From: Gemmatimonadota bacterium
GTDB lineage: Bacteria; Gemmatimonadota; Gemmatimonadetes; Gemmatimonadales; GWC2-71-9
Length of the DNA: 64,000 nucleotides
Assembly (NCBI GenBank): GCA_003222195.1
Contig: QHVB01000034.1
Span: 12,974-76,973 of the forward strand
Direction: 5' to 3'
Below are positions 25,874 to 35,325 of this stretch, one piece after another. The notes under the pieces are model-generated. The model did no database searches and was not told the origin of the DNA. It saw nothing but the letters and a program-made list of their open reading frames with translations. How positions within the stretch are numbered: the first letter of the stretch is position 1; every line of letters begins with the position of its first letter. Made by a program: the position numbers and the translations under genes.

Positions 25874-26293
25874 TTACGGCGCACTCCGCAGTTCCACGAG
25901 CCGCCAGTCGCGACCCTGTAACCGGTAGCCCAGAAACAAGGTTTCACGTCGCAATTCCGTCGTCCCCGCTACCACATAGCGGCGGGCCAGCTCGACGAAC
26001 CCCCTCCCCGGCTCGACCTCACGAATCGCCGTCACGTCGAGCCCGCGCTCCTCGGCGGGCCGAAAGTACCGGCGCAGCAGCTCGATCGCTTGGGAGCGTC
26101 CCAGGGGTGACGACGGATCGGCACCGGGGATCTGGAGCACGAGGTTGGAGCTCGCACCAACCAAGCCCTCGGCGTCATGCGCGAACAAGGCCTGCTTGGC
26201 GCGCGCGGCTGCATCGGAGAGCGTGACTTGGCCATAGGCGGGAATCGCCAGCGCCATCATCCAGATCCAAAGCCAACCCCGCGGCGTACGCAT
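25874..26293 (-). CDS. Secreted hypothetical protein
   Basis: Signal peptide MRTPRGWLWIWMMALAIPAYGQ. 139 aa. No family recognised with confidence. Confidence 0.55.
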   Translation of the reverse strand: MRTPRGWLWIWMMALAIPAYGQVTLSDAAARAKQALFAHDAEGLVGASSNLVLQIPGADPSSPLGRSQAIELLRRYFRPAEERGLDVTAIREVEPGRGFVELARRYVVAGTTELRRETLFLGYRLQGRDWRLVELRSAP

Positions 26294-26309
26294 AGGTCGG
26301 TTAATACCC

Positions 26310-26993
26310 TCAATCGAGCCCGTCGACCAACCTCTGGTAGGCAGTCACCGGGTCGCGGGCGGCGGTGATCGGCCGGCCAACCACGAGGTGGGTCGCGCCG
26401 CGCCGCACCGCCTCAGCCGGCTCGACGGTGCGCACTTGATCGCCAGCCGGCTCCCCGGGGGCGCGAATTCCCGGAACGACGATCCACGGGTCCGGTCCGA
26501 GCGCCTCGCGCAGCAGGCCCAGCTCCTGACCCGACGCGACTACCCCACGCAACCCCGCGTGCATCGCCGCGCGCCCGAGTCGCTCAGCCTCGAAGCCGAC
26601 ATCGGGCACGCCGCGTCCCAACACACCCTCCAGCTCCGCGGCGTCATGGGAAGTCAGGACCGTGACGCCGACCACCCCTAACTCACTCCCGTCGGCGGCC
26701 CGCGCCGCCGCTGTCAGCATCGCCCGTCCGCCGAGGCAATGCACCGTCGTCATCGCTACGCCGAGCTCGCGGGCAGCGGTGACCGCGCTCGCCACGATGT
26801 TGGGGATGTCGTGCCATTTGAGATCGAGGAAGACGCGAATGCCGCGCTGCGTGAATTCCCTGATCAGCGAAGGCCCTTCCCGGTTGTACAGGACCGGGCC
26901 GATCTTCGCCCAGCGCAGCCCCGGAAGCCGGCCCGCCAGGCCTAGGGCCTCGCGGCCACTGGGGACGTCGAATGCGACGATCAGCTCAGCCAT
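26310..26993 (-). CDS. pyrF: Orotidine 5'-phosphate decarboxylase
   Basis: LIVAFDVP, FLDLKWHDIPNIV, VVGRPI motifs. Confidence 0.9.
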   Translation of the reverse strand: MAELIVAFDVPSGREALGLAGRLPGLRWAKIGPVLYNREGPSLIREFTQRGIRVFLDLKWHDIPNIVASAVTAARELGVAMTTVHCLGGRAMLTAAARAADGSELGVVGVTVLTSHDAAELEGVLGRGVPDVGFEAERLGRAAMHAGLRGVVASGQELGLLREALGPDPWIVVPGIRAPGEPAGDQVRTVEPAEAVRRGATHLVVGRPITAARDPVTAYQRLVDGLD

Positions 26994-27825
26994 GCATCAG
27001 CTCCCGCGCGATACGCACCGGCACTCGCGGGTCGGCCAGTGCGGCGGTTCCGATCGCGACCAGCGAAGCGCCCGCTGCAAGATACTCTCGCGCGTCGGAG
27101 AGCGTGCGGACGCCGCCGACGCCGATGACGGGCATGCCGACCTGCTCGCGCACGCGGCGCGTCGCCAGCACGCCGATCGGCAGCAGCGCCGGACCGCTGA
27201 GCCCGCCGCTGCCGTTGCCGAGCCGCCGATCGAGCGATCCCGGTATCGTGTTCACGAGACTCACTGCCTCGGCGCCCGCGTCGCGCGCGACGCGGGCCAT
27301 GGCGGGAATGTCGGGCAGCACCGGAGACAACTTGACCGTGAGCGGCCGCGTGGACACTTCGCGACACGCCCGCACGAGCTCGCTGAGACAGCGAGGCTCG
27401 GCGCCGAACTCCAGCCCGCCCGCATTGGTGTTCGGACAGGAGGCGTTGATTTCAAAGGCGGCGATTGGCTCGAGGGGGGTCAGTCGTTCGATCACCTGCA
27501 CGTAGTCTCCGACTCTCGCTCCGGCCACGTTCACGATGACGCGCGCGCGACGCAGGCGTTGCGCGAGCCAGGGCAGCTCGTGCTCGGCGACATGCGTGAC
27601 CCCGGGGTTCGCAAGCCCCACCGCGTTCAGCATGCCGCCACGAAACTCAGCCACGCGCAGGGCCGGGTGACCCTGCCGGGGTTCCGGCGTCACTGCTTTC
27701 GTGACGATGCCACCGAGCAGATCGAGATCGATGACGTCATCGAGCTCGCGCCCGAACCCGGCGGTGCCAGCAGCAAGAAGGATTGGATTTTGGAACGTCG
27801 TGCCGAACAGCGCCACCGTACTCAA
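26986..27825 (-). CDS. pyrD: Dihydroorotate dehydrogenase catalytic subunit (class 1)
   Basis: FQNPILLAAGTAGFG, NASCPNT active-site region, GGLSGPALLPIGV, IGVGGV. Confidence 0.88.
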   Translation of the reverse strand: MSTVALFGTTFQNPILLAAGTAGFGRELDDVIDLDLLGGIVTKAVTPEPRQGHPALRVAEFRGGMLNAVGLANPGVTHVAEHELPWLAQRLRRARVIVNVAGARVGDYVQVIERLTPLEPIAAFEINASCPNTNAGGLEFGAEPRCLSELVRACREVSTRPLTVKLSPVLPDIPAMARVARDAGAEAVSLVNTIPGSLDRRLGNGSGGLSGPALLPIGVLATRRVREQVGMPVIGVGGVRTLSDAREYLAAGASLVAIGTAALADPRVPVRIARELMHG

Positions 27826-28886
27826 GGCAGCGGACCTCGCGGGCCGGACCGGGGTGCTCCGAACCTCGCCCCGGTGGGGACGGCGATGGTGCGCACGGTC
27901 GCCACGCCCAGCGCTCTGCCCAGGGAGTCCTCCGCGGCAGCATAGGCGACGCTCGACTCACCGTGGAACGCGCGCGCGTACGGTGACTCGGTATAGCGCG
28001 AGTCCAGCACGGCGACGATCGAATCGCGGCGGTCGGGCAAGACCGCCAACGCGGCGATCAGCGCTTTGGGCGCGTAGAGCGAGCCGGCGTCGCGGGCAGC
28101 GGCATCGAGAAACAGCTCCCCGGCCAGTGCCGGCGCGTGGAGCGAATCGCGCGCGACTTCGGCGACGTGGAACCGCGCCGCGGGTGTCTCAGCAACAGTC
28201 ATCACTTTCGTGAGGAGCTCGAGCAAATGCGCTGCCTCGTCGGTTTCAGGCTCGGTGCGGAGCAGCTGTGTCAGCTCGCTGACCACCGGCGTGAGATCGG
28301 TGGTCGTGCGTGCGCGGGCAATGCGAAGCCGCTGTTGGCCGACGAGCGCGCTGCGCCGCGCCGACGCGACGTGCGAGCGATTGAAGTGTTCCACCGCCCC
28401 GTCGTAATCTGTCCGCACCGTCGCCACCTGGCCCGCGACGTACTCGGCGCGCGAGCGTCGGTCGGCATCGCGGGATGCGAGTGGCGCGGTCAACGCGGCG
28501 TCCGCTTCCACGAGATCACCCCTCGCCAGGGCACATTCGGCGACCGCGAGATCGACGCGCTCCCGTCGCGACGCGTCCCGCACGGCCGTGCGCGCCTGCG
28601 CAAGCGGCTCGGCGGCGTCGCGGCACGCGCCCGACCGAGCTAACGCCTCCGCCCGCAGCGCCAACGCGTCGTCTGCCCAACGGCTGTGCGGATGCCGCAG
28701 CGTCACGATTTGGGCTTTGCTGGCCGCCTGCGTCCATTCGGCGCGGGCCTCGGACGACCGGCCGCGCTGCTCGAGCCGTCTCGCCTCTTTGGCATGCCGC
28801 TCCGCACTCCACATGCTGTTGTAATACGCGCAGCCGCTGGCCGTGGCTGTCGTCGCCAGGATCATCAAGGAGCGACGCCAGATCAT
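27822..28886 (-). CDS. Lipoprotein with TPR-like Ala/Arg-rich repeats
   Basis: MIWRRSLMILATTATASGC lipobox. Helical-repeat composition. 4-nt overlaps on both sides. Confidence 0.6.
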   Translation of the reverse strand: MIWRRSLMILATTATASGCAYYNSMWSAERHAKEARRLEQRGRSSEARAEWTQAASKAQIVTLRHPHSRWADDALALRAEALARSGACRDAAEPLAQARTAVRDASRRERVDLAVAECALARGDLVEADAALTAPLASRDADRRSRAEYVAGQVATVRTDYDGAVEHFNRSHVASARRSALVGQQRLRIARARTTTDLTPVVSELTQLLRTEPETDEAAHLLELLTKVMTVAETPAARFHVAEVARDSLHAPALAGELFLDAAARDAGSLYAPKALIAALAVLPDRRDSIVAVLDSRYTESPYARAFHGESSVAYAAAEDSLGRALGVATVRTIAVPTGARFGAPRSGPRGPLP

Positions 28887-30094
28887 CGCGCCTGTCCGCC
28901 CCCTCCAACGGCAATTTTTCGCTCGAACTCCAGCAGGTAAGCCACGATCCCATCCGCGATCGCGGTCGCAATTTTGTGCTGTCCCGTCGCCGAAGCGAGA
29001 AACGCCCCGTCGGAGGGATTGGTCGCAAACCCGGTTTCGACCAGAATGGATGGTCGCCGCGCCGCCGCGAGCACCAGGAACGGGCCCTGCTGTACTCCCC
29101 GATCTTCCCCCGGATGAATTCGCGCGACCTTTCCCTGCACCAGCTCCGCCAGGCGCGCAGACTCGCGCAGATACTCATTGAGCTGCAGATCGCGTAGAAC
29201 GAAACCGAGCGGCCCGTCCACCACAGGCGACGTCCCGAACCGCAGGGCATCGTTTTCCATTTGTGCCACGCGTTTCTGGTCTTCCGTCTTTGCATCCGAC
29301 AGGAAGTAGGTCTCGACCCCGTTCACGGAGGTCTGTCGCCGCCCCGGCGGCATCGAATTGACGTGAATGCTGACGAACAAGTCGCAGTCCGCCCGGCAGA
29401 AGGTCGGCCGGCTGGCGAGATCAATGAGGGTGTCGGTCGAGCGCGTGAGCACGACGGTGAGCCCACGTCGCAGCAGCTCGGCCCGGAGCAGCTTGCCGAT
29501 GCCGAGCGTGATGTCCTTTTCGGTCAGGCCGCCGGGGAAATGAAGACCGGGATTTCCGGGATCGATACCACCGTGCCCGGGATCGACGACAATCGTGTGG
29601 GCAAGCCGTAACCCCGTGACTGGATTTGGAGCCGCGGGCACCGCCATCGGTGGAGTTGCGACCGCAATGGGGGGAGCTGCGATCGCCGTCGTGGTACCGG
29701 CGGGCACCGTCTGTTCGTCCAAGCGGGAGAGCCCGGGACTCCAGCGATAGCGGTTCGCCAACAGACGAGGTACGTGGCCCGTCAGCCAATGGAGGGGCAG
29801 AAACAGCGTATCGCGTGCGACGTAGGGCGCGCCGACGAGGGGATACGCCGCCCCGTCATAGCGGAAGAATGGAGATCCCACATCAAATTCGAACACGCGG
29901 CCGTCCAACGTGACGCGCGCCGCCGAGCCTCCCCCGTCGAGTGACACCGTGAGCCCAAGTGGCTGCGCCAGCAGCACCGCGGCGATCGCCGCGGCACCGG
30001 CCTCGTTCGTGACGGGAATACTAGCCTGACCGCGCGGCGTCACGATGAGGACCTGTTGCGGAATCAGAGCCGCCAGCAGGAGGAGCACCATCAT
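28883..30094 (-). CDS. N-acetylmuramoyl-L-alanine amidase (Amidase_3 / AmiC-like)
   Basis: VVDPGHGGIDPG, SIHVNS, GVETYF, E..SARLA motifs. N-terminal targeting/AMIN-like region. Confidence 0.88.
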   Translation of the reverse strand: MMVLLLLAALIPQQVLIVTPRGQASIPVTNEAGAAAIAAVLLAQPLGLTVSLDGGGSAARVTLDGRVFEFDVGSPFFRYDGAAYPLVGAPYVARDTLFLPLHWLTGHVPRLLANRYRWSPGLSRLDEQTVPAGTTTAIAAPPIAVATPPMAVPAAPNPVTGLRLAHTIVVDPGHGGIDPGNPGLHFPGGLTEKDITLGIGKLLRAELLRRGLTVVLTRSTDTLIDLASRPTFCRADCDLFVSIHVNSMPPGRRQTSVNGVETYFLSDAKTEDQKRVAQMENDALRFGTSPVVDGPLGFVLRDLQLNEYLRESARLAELVQGKVARIHPGEDRGVQQGPFLVLAAARRPSILVETGFATNPSDGAFLASATGQHKIATAIADGIVAYLLEFERKIAVGGGGQAR

Positions 30095-30546
30095 GACCGT
30101 CTTCCCTTCACAACGCGCGCCATTTCGCGCTCCGCGACGCGGCGTTTCAGGTCCTCGCGCTTGTCGTGCGCCTTCTTCGCCTTGGCGAGCGCGATCGCGA
30201 CCTTGGCTAACCCGTCTTTGAAGTAGACCTCGAGCGGAACGACGGTGAGCCCTTTCTGGGTCGTGGCGCCGAGCAGTTTGCGGATTTCGCGTTTGTGAAG
30301 GAGGAGTTTGCGGGAACGGGCCGGCGGTGGGTTGTTGTAGCTGCCGGGCCCGTAGTGCGAAATCGTCATGCCCTCCAGCCAGACTTCCCCATTCCGAACG
30401 TGGGCGTAAGCCTCACTCAAGCTCGCCTTGCGATCACGCAGCGATTTGACTTCCGTCCCGGTGAGCACCAACCCCGCCTCCCATGTCTCGAGAAGGTGGT
30501 AGTCGTGCCGGGCGCGCGGGTTCCGGGCGATGGAGACTTTTTCCAC
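30091..30546 (-). CDS. smpB: SsrA-binding protein
   Basis: IARNPRARHDYHLLETWEAGLVLTGTEVKSLR. Confidence 0.95.
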   Translation of the reverse strand: MEKVSIARNPRARHDYHLLETWEAGLVLTGTEVKSLRDRKASLSEAYAHVRNGEVWLEGMTISHYGPGSYNNPPPARSRKLLLHKREIRKLLGATTQKGLTVVPLEVYFKDGLAKVAIALAKAKKAHDKREDLKRRVAEREMARVVKGRRS

Positions 30547-30568
30547 GATGACGTCGGCAAGATACGCA

Positions 30569-30598
30569 TTGACTTGGGGTTATACAACAATCTAGATT
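30569..30598 (+). promoter_or_regulatory. Sigma70-like promoter for tRNA-Leu
   Basis: TTGACT (30569-30574), 18-nt spacer, TAGATT (30593-30598), about 20 nt before the tRNA 5' end. The consensus for this lineage is unknown to me. Confidence 0.4.
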
Positions 30599-30617
30599 GC
30601 CGTTCCTCAAAAATCTG

Positions 30618-30701
30618 GCCGAAGTGGTGGAACTGGTAGACGCGCTGGCTTCAGGAGCCAGTGGGCGCAAGCCCGTGGGGGTTCGAGTCCCCCCTTCGGC
30701 A
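30618..30701 (+). tRNA. tRNA-Leu (anticodon CAG), type II with long variable arm, no encoded CCA
   Basis: Acceptor GCCGAAG/CTTCGGC. Anticodon stem CTGGC/GCCAG with loop TTCAGGA. Variable arm TGGGCGCAAGCCCGT. T-arm GGGGG-TTCGAGT-CCCCC. Confidence 0.93.
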
Positions 30702-30702
30702 C

Positions 30703-31845
30703 TCAGTACCGCGGTATCTCCGGATCAACTTCCCGCGCCCAAGCATCGATTCCGCCCGCGAGGCTGCGTACGTTGGCGAATCCCGCGCCCACGAGAATCT
30801 CGCGCGCTTTCAGCGACCGCTGACCGTGATGACAGTGCGTCACGATCTCCGCATGTGACGGGATTTCCCCCAAGCGGCTCGGCAGCTCTCGCAGTGGAAT
30901 CAGCCGGGCGCCTTCGATGCTCGCAATCTCCGCTTCGCGCGGTTCACGAACATCGACCAGCAGCAAATTGGGTTTGTGACTGCGCTCGCGTTGCAAGTCG
31001 CGGGGCGTGATTTCGACCCCTTCCCCGTTCCCCCGACTCGCCTCCACGACTCCGCAGAACGCTTCGTAGTCGATCAGCCGTGTGACGGTCGGGTGCTCAC
31101 CGCACACGGGACACCCGGGATCCTTTTCGAGCGCCAGCTCGCGGAATTGCAGGCGCCGGCCGTCGAACAGCAACAGACGACCGATCAGTGGCTGACCAAA
31201 GCCGACGATCAGCTTGATCGCTTCCAGCGCTTGCAGCGAGCCGATGATGCCCGGCAGGACGCCGAGCACGCCCCCTTCGGCGCACGACGGCACGAGATCG
31301 GGCGGCGGCGGCTCGGCATACAAGCAGCGATAGCAGGGCCCCTGTTTCGCGAAGAACACGGAGACCTGGCCGTCGAACCGAAAGACCGAGCCGTAGATGT
31401 TCGGCTTGCCCAACAACACACAGGCATCGTTGACGAGATAGCGGGTGGGAAAATTGTCGGAGCCGTCGACCACGATGTCGAATTTGCTCAGGATCTCGAG
31501 CGCGTTGGCTGACGTCAACCGCTGACCGAACGCTTCAACCTGGACGTGCGGATTGATGTCGCGCAGTCGCGCCCGAGCCGAGTCCGTCTTCGCCCTGCCG
31601 ATGTCCGACGTCCCGTGGAGGATCTGCCGCTGCAGGTTGCTGCGATCGACCAGATCGAAGTCGACGATGCCGATCGTGCCCACGCCGGCCGCGGCGAGAT
31701 AGAGCGCCGCCGGCGATCCCAAACCGCCCGCGCCAACCAGCAAGACGCGCGCGTCGCGAAGCTGCGATTGACCGTGGAGACCGACATCGGGAAGCGTGAG
31801 GTGCCGCGAGTACCGCAGCAGCTCCTCATGCGACAGCGTCGTCAA
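30703..31845 (-). CDS. moeB: MoeB/ThiF-type adenylyltransferase fused to C-terminal rhodanese domain (MoeZ-type)
   Basis: RYSRHLTLPDVGLHGQ, LLVGAGGLGSP, two CxxC pairs, C-terminal rhodanese with active-site loop CHHGQRS. Confidence 0.88.
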   Translation of the reverse strand: MTTLSHEELLRYSRHLTLPDVGLHGQSQLRDARVLLVGAGGLGSPAALYLAAAGVGTIGIVDFDLVDRSNLQRQILHGTSDIGRAKTDSARARLRDINPHVQVEAFGQRLTSANALEILSKFDIVVDGSDNFPTRYLVNDACVLLGKPNIYGSVFRFDGQVSVFFAKQGPCYRCLYAEPPPPDLVPSCAEGGVLGVLPGIIGSLQALEAIKLIVGFGQPLIGRLLLFDGRRLQFRELALEKDPGCPVCGEHPTVTRLIDYEAFCGVVEASRGNGEGVEITPRDLQRERSHKPNLLLVDVREPREAEIASIEGARLIPLRELPSRLGEIPSHAEIVTHCHHGQRSLKAREILVGAGFANVRSLAGGIDAWAREVDPEIPRY

Positions 31846-32294
31846 TTGCCCGACGCCACCCCGGCGATCTGGTACACTTGGGGCTCGGCAAGCTGCAGAT
31901 CGGCGAGCGTGACGCTCGCGAGCACTTCGTTGATACGCCGCTCGAGCAGGCGCCAGACGGGACGAATACTGCAGGCGGTCGCCGGATCGCAGCGCTCATC
32001 GTCCACGCGGTGGAGATCGCAATTCACTTCGAACGTCACGTGCTCTGACGCTTCAATGACGTCCTTCACGCTCACGGCCTGGGCCTCACGCGCGAGGAGG
32101 TAGCCGCCGCGCGCCCCGCGCACCGACTCGACCAAACCGGCACGCCGCAGGCGCAGCAGGATCTGCTCGACGTAATCGTGGGGGAGGCGTTCTTGCTCCG
32201 ACAATTCGCGGGCGGCGACGGGGCCCTTCCCCGCGCGCCGGGCCAGATGAATCGAGACGATTAACCCGTATTCCGCCCAGGTCGTAACGCGCAT
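31842..32294 (-). CDS. Rrf2-family transcriptional regulator
   Basis: MRVTTWAEYGLIVSIHLAR...LRRAGLVESVRGARGGYLLA winged-helix signature. Confidence 0.85.
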   Translation of the reverse strand: MRVTTWAEYGLIVSIHLARRAGKGPVAARELSEQERLPHDYVEQILLRLRRAGLVESVRGARGGYLLAREAQAVSVKDVIEASEHVTFEVNCDLHRVDDERCDPATACSIRPVWRLLERRINEVLASVTLADLQLAEPQVYQIAGVASGN

Positions 32295-32325
32295 GGGGGG
32301 AATATGCGAGAGAGGTTATCGGGAT

Positions 32326-33360
32326 TCAATGGCTCGCATGCTCGAGCCTGGGGCTCAGACTGACACCGAGCTGCACGAGGAACGCATTGCGATTGGTGGG
32401 GTCATTGCGCTGCAGCCACAACACCCGCGCATTGACGTTGGTCATCAGGGTCCGGCCACTGAAAATGTCGGCGCCGAGCCCGCCGTGCGCACCCTGAGCC
32501 ACGCCGCGATCCTGGCCGATTTGCGGGAAACCGGCGAGCAACAGGCCAAGTTCGGCGTACAGCCGGCCCCACGCTGGATGCAGCGAAGGCTCGTATCCTG
32601 GAGCAAACAGAATCGCATACGGCTCACAGCTGCCCGAGCAGCCGGTCCGGACGCGCAGCGGCGCGTAATCGATCTGCAGCCCCAGCGCTCCTCCCTTTCT
32701 TTGCTCACGGTGGAAGCGGACGCCCACGGTGCCGCTGCGACCTTCGAGCGGCCCGCTGAGGGGCAGCAGCACACCGATGGCGGGTCCCAGGGTGCCATTC
32801 AGCAACTGCGACTTCTTGTTCGGGCTCCCGAACGCGAATGAGACGTTGGCGCGCCCTTCAAGCGCCTTGATGGCGCTGTTCGGGACCTGAAAGAACCGCC
32901 CCTCGATGAGGGCGGCGAACTGCTTCCCGAAATTGAAGCGCACGCCAAGCCCGAAACCCAGTCCCAGCTCGTTCGCGGTCTGTGCGCCGGTGCTGCAGCC
33001 CAACAGTGCCAGCGTGGGATCCTGATCGAGCACACGCGCCAACCCGACGGCGGTCGACGCAAAGGGCGCGACCCCGCTCGCCCCGACCGGATAGTAGTTC
33101 GACTCGAGCCCGACGAACGTCATTTGCCGCACACAGCTGTTGTTCGAGAGATCGCCGTAGCGCGACACACCGAGGCCGAATTCGCCATCATCGCCCGACA
33201 GCAGCGCGAGACTTCCCCCGAACGAGTTGAAGGCGTTGCTGCCGCCTGAGCCGTTTTCGATCGAGATGGAGGAGACGGTGGGGCCGATACGCGCGCGGCG
33301 CTGCGCGGCACTGCTGCCGGCAACGGCGAGCGCGACGAGGACGAGCGGTAGAATGCGCAT
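32326..33360 (-). CDS. Putative outer-membrane beta-barrel protein
   Basis: Signal peptide MRILPLVLVALAVAGSSAAQ. Gly/Ala-rich alternating pattern typical of beta-barrels. No family recognised. Confidence 0.55.
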   Translation of the reverse strand: MRILPLVLVALAVAGSSAAQRRARIGPTVSSISIENGSGGSNAFNSFGGSLALLSGDDGEFGLGVSRYGDLSNNSCVRQMTFVGLESNYYPVGASGVAPFASTAVGLARVLDQDPTLALLGCSTGAQTANELGLGFGLGVRFNFGKQFAALIEGRFFQVPNSAIKALEGRANVSFAFGSPNKKSQLLNGTLGPAIGVLLPLSGPLEGRSGTVGVRFHREQRKGGALGLQIDYAPLRVRTGCSGSCEPYAILFAPGYEPSLHPAWGRLYAELGLLLAGFPQIGQDRGVAQGAHGGLGADIFSGRTLMTNVNARVLWLQRNDPTNRNAFLVQLGVSLSPRLEHASH

Positions 33361-33405
33361 GGAAGGACTTCTACTCCGTCGCGCTCGCGCGTGCCGTGAC
33401 TCCGG

Positions 33406-33822
33406 TCACTTCACGAGCAATCCCACCACGAGCCCGGCGGCGTTCATCCGTACGAGCCATTCCCAACAGGTCGCCATTTGCAGTCTGCGAACCTTGGTGT
33501 ACCAGACGCCGCTACCCACGCTCGCGAGAAAGATCGTCGGCAGCCACAGCACGGTTGCGAACTCCATGCCGGCGAGCGGCGGGCTGTTCTGGACCCACAG
33601 CGCGCCGCGGAAGCGGGCGTAGAACCACGCCAGCAACAACCCGAAGGCAAGCGTCAGCACCGCCGACTTCGCAAGCGCCGGACCCATGAACGACTTCATC
33701 TGTTCCGGCGTCAGCTGCTCGCCGAACGCTTCCAAGCCCGTGTTGAAGACCTTGCTCCACATCACCCAGTCCACGAGATACGCGACGACGCCTGCGATCA
33801 GTCCGGCCACGATCCAGTTCAT
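33406..33822 (-). CDS. Small integral membrane protein (DUF1761-like)
   Basis: Four predicted TM helices. MNWIVAGLIAGVVAYLVDWVMWSKVF. The family assignment is tentative. Confidence 0.55.
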   Translation of the reverse strand: MNWIVAGLIAGVVAYLVDWVMWSKVFNTGLEAFGEQLTPEQMKSFMGPALAKSAVLTLAFGLLLAWFYARFRGALWVQNSPPLAGMEFATVLWLPTIFLASVGSGVWYTKVRRLQMATCWEWLVRMNAAGLVVGLLVK

Positions 33823-33844
33823 AGCTGCGTCTCCGAGGTGAGAG

Positions 33845-35263
33845 TCATTTCCGCTCTCCGGGCACGCCGAGCTCCGTCATAGCCCGCAAATCGAGGACCT
33901 CCTCCAGCTCCTTCCCCTTCAACAGCCCCTTCTCCATCACCAGTTGGCGGACGGTGACGTTCTTCGCCACCGCTTCCTTGGCCAGCTTCGCGGCCTCCGC
34001 GTAGCCGATTTTCGGCGCCAGCGCCGTCACCAGCGCCGGACTGCGCTCCAACCAATGCGCGCACTGCGCCGCGTCGGCCTGAATCCCCTCCACGCACCGC
34101 TCGGCCAGCACGCGGGTGGCGTTCGTGAGGATCATCATCGAGCTGAGGAGGTTGTGGGCGATCACCGGCATCATGACGTTGAGCTCGAGCTGGCCCGCCT
34201 CCGCCGCGGTGGCCACGGTGACATCGTTGCCGATCACCTGGAAACACACCTGATTCACCATTTCGGCAATCGACGGATTCACTTTGCCGGGCATGATGCT
34301 CGACCCCGGCTGCACGGCGGGCAACGCGATCTCGGCCAACGCGGTGCGCGGCCCGGATGCGAGCAGCCGCAGATCACTCGCGATCTTGCCGAGGTCCACG
34401 GCGGAGGTTCGCAGCGCGCCGGAAAACGCGGCCGGGTCGCCCATCGATTGCATCAACTGCACGCGATCCTTGCCCTCACGCAGGTCGAGCCCCGTCATGG
34501 CGCGGAGGTGCTTCACCATCAGCGCCGGATACTGCGGCTCCGCGTTGAGTCCAGTGCCGACGGCGGTCCCTCCGATCCCCAGGTCGCGTAGATCGTCCGC
34601 GGCGCGCGCAATGCGGTCACGGTTTCGCTCCACCGTGTGCGCGAAGGCCATGAATTCCTGGCCGAGCCGCACCGGTGTGGCATCCTGCAGGTGCGTGCGG
34701 CCCGATTTGACGATGTCGTCGAACTCTTTGCCTTTCCCGCCGAACGCGCGCGCGAGCCGTGTCAGCGCTTCCGTCAGTGCGGCGAGCTGCGACAGCGCAG
34801 CCAGGCGGATCGCCGTCGGGATGACGTCGTTGGTGGACTGCGCCATGTTGACGTGATCGTTGGGGTGGACCGGCTTGTAATCGCCCCGCTTGGCGCCGAG
34901 CAGCTCATTGGCGCGGTTCGCGAGCACCTCGTTGCAATTCATGTTGTGCGACGTGCCGGCACCGGCCTGGTAGGGATCCACCACGAAGTCGTCGCGATGA
35001 CCACCCGCGAGCACCTCGTCGGCGGCCTTGATGATCGCGTCGGCGAGCTTGCGGTCCAGCCGCCCGGTTTCGCGGTGGGTCAGGGCAGCGGCTTTCTTGA
35101 TGCGGATGACAGCGTCGACGAAGGCGGGGAGCGGGCGGAGATTGGAGATCGGGAAATTCTGCCGCGCCCGTTCGGTCTGGATGCCCCACAGCGCCTCAGC
35201 CGGTACGGGCAGCTCTCCCAGCGGATCTCGTTCAATGCGGGTCTGATTCACTGGGGCCACCAT
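33845..35263 (-). CDS. aspA: Aspartate ammonia-lyase (fumarase/aspartase family)
   Basis: GSSIMPGKVNPSIAEMVNQVCFQVIGND and AGQLELNVMMPVI resemble AspA more than FumC. ATG at 35263 is preceded by GGGAGGA. Confidence 0.85.
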   Translation of the reverse strand: MVAPVNQTRIERDPLGELPVPAEALWGIQTERARQNFPISNLRPLPAFVDAVIRIKKAAALTHRETGRLDRKLADAIIKAADEVLAGGHRDDFVVDPYQAGAGTSHNMNCNEVLANRANELLGAKRGDYKPVHPNDHVNMAQSTNDVIPTAIRLAALSQLAALTEALTRLARAFGGKGKEFDDIVKSGRTHLQDATPVRLGQEFMAFAHTVERNRDRIARAADDLRDLGIGGTAVGTGLNAEPQYPALMVKHLRAMTGLDLREGKDRVQLMQSMGDPAAFSGALRTSAVDLGKIASDLRLLASGPRTALAEIALPAVQPGSSIMPGKVNPSIAEMVNQVCFQVIGNDVTVATAAEAGQLELNVMMPVIAHNLLSSMMILTNATRVLAERCVEGIQADAAQCAHWLERSPALVTALAPKIGYAEAAKLAKEAVAKNVTVRQLVMEKGLLKGKELEEVLDLRAMTELGVPGERK

Positions 35264-35325
35264 TCCTCCCGCGGTTCGATCGCCATTCGTGTCGAGCCAA
35301 GAATCGCCCATACAGTTTGTCCGCG

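Noticed and set aside
30547-30702. Searched next to smpB for tmRNA (ssrA), and at tRNA-Leu for an integrated element
   Set aside because: The gap holds only a promoter-like sequence and an 84-nt tRNA-Leu. No tRNA-like/tag-ORF structure, no integrase, and I did not see a repeat of the tRNA 3' end downstream.
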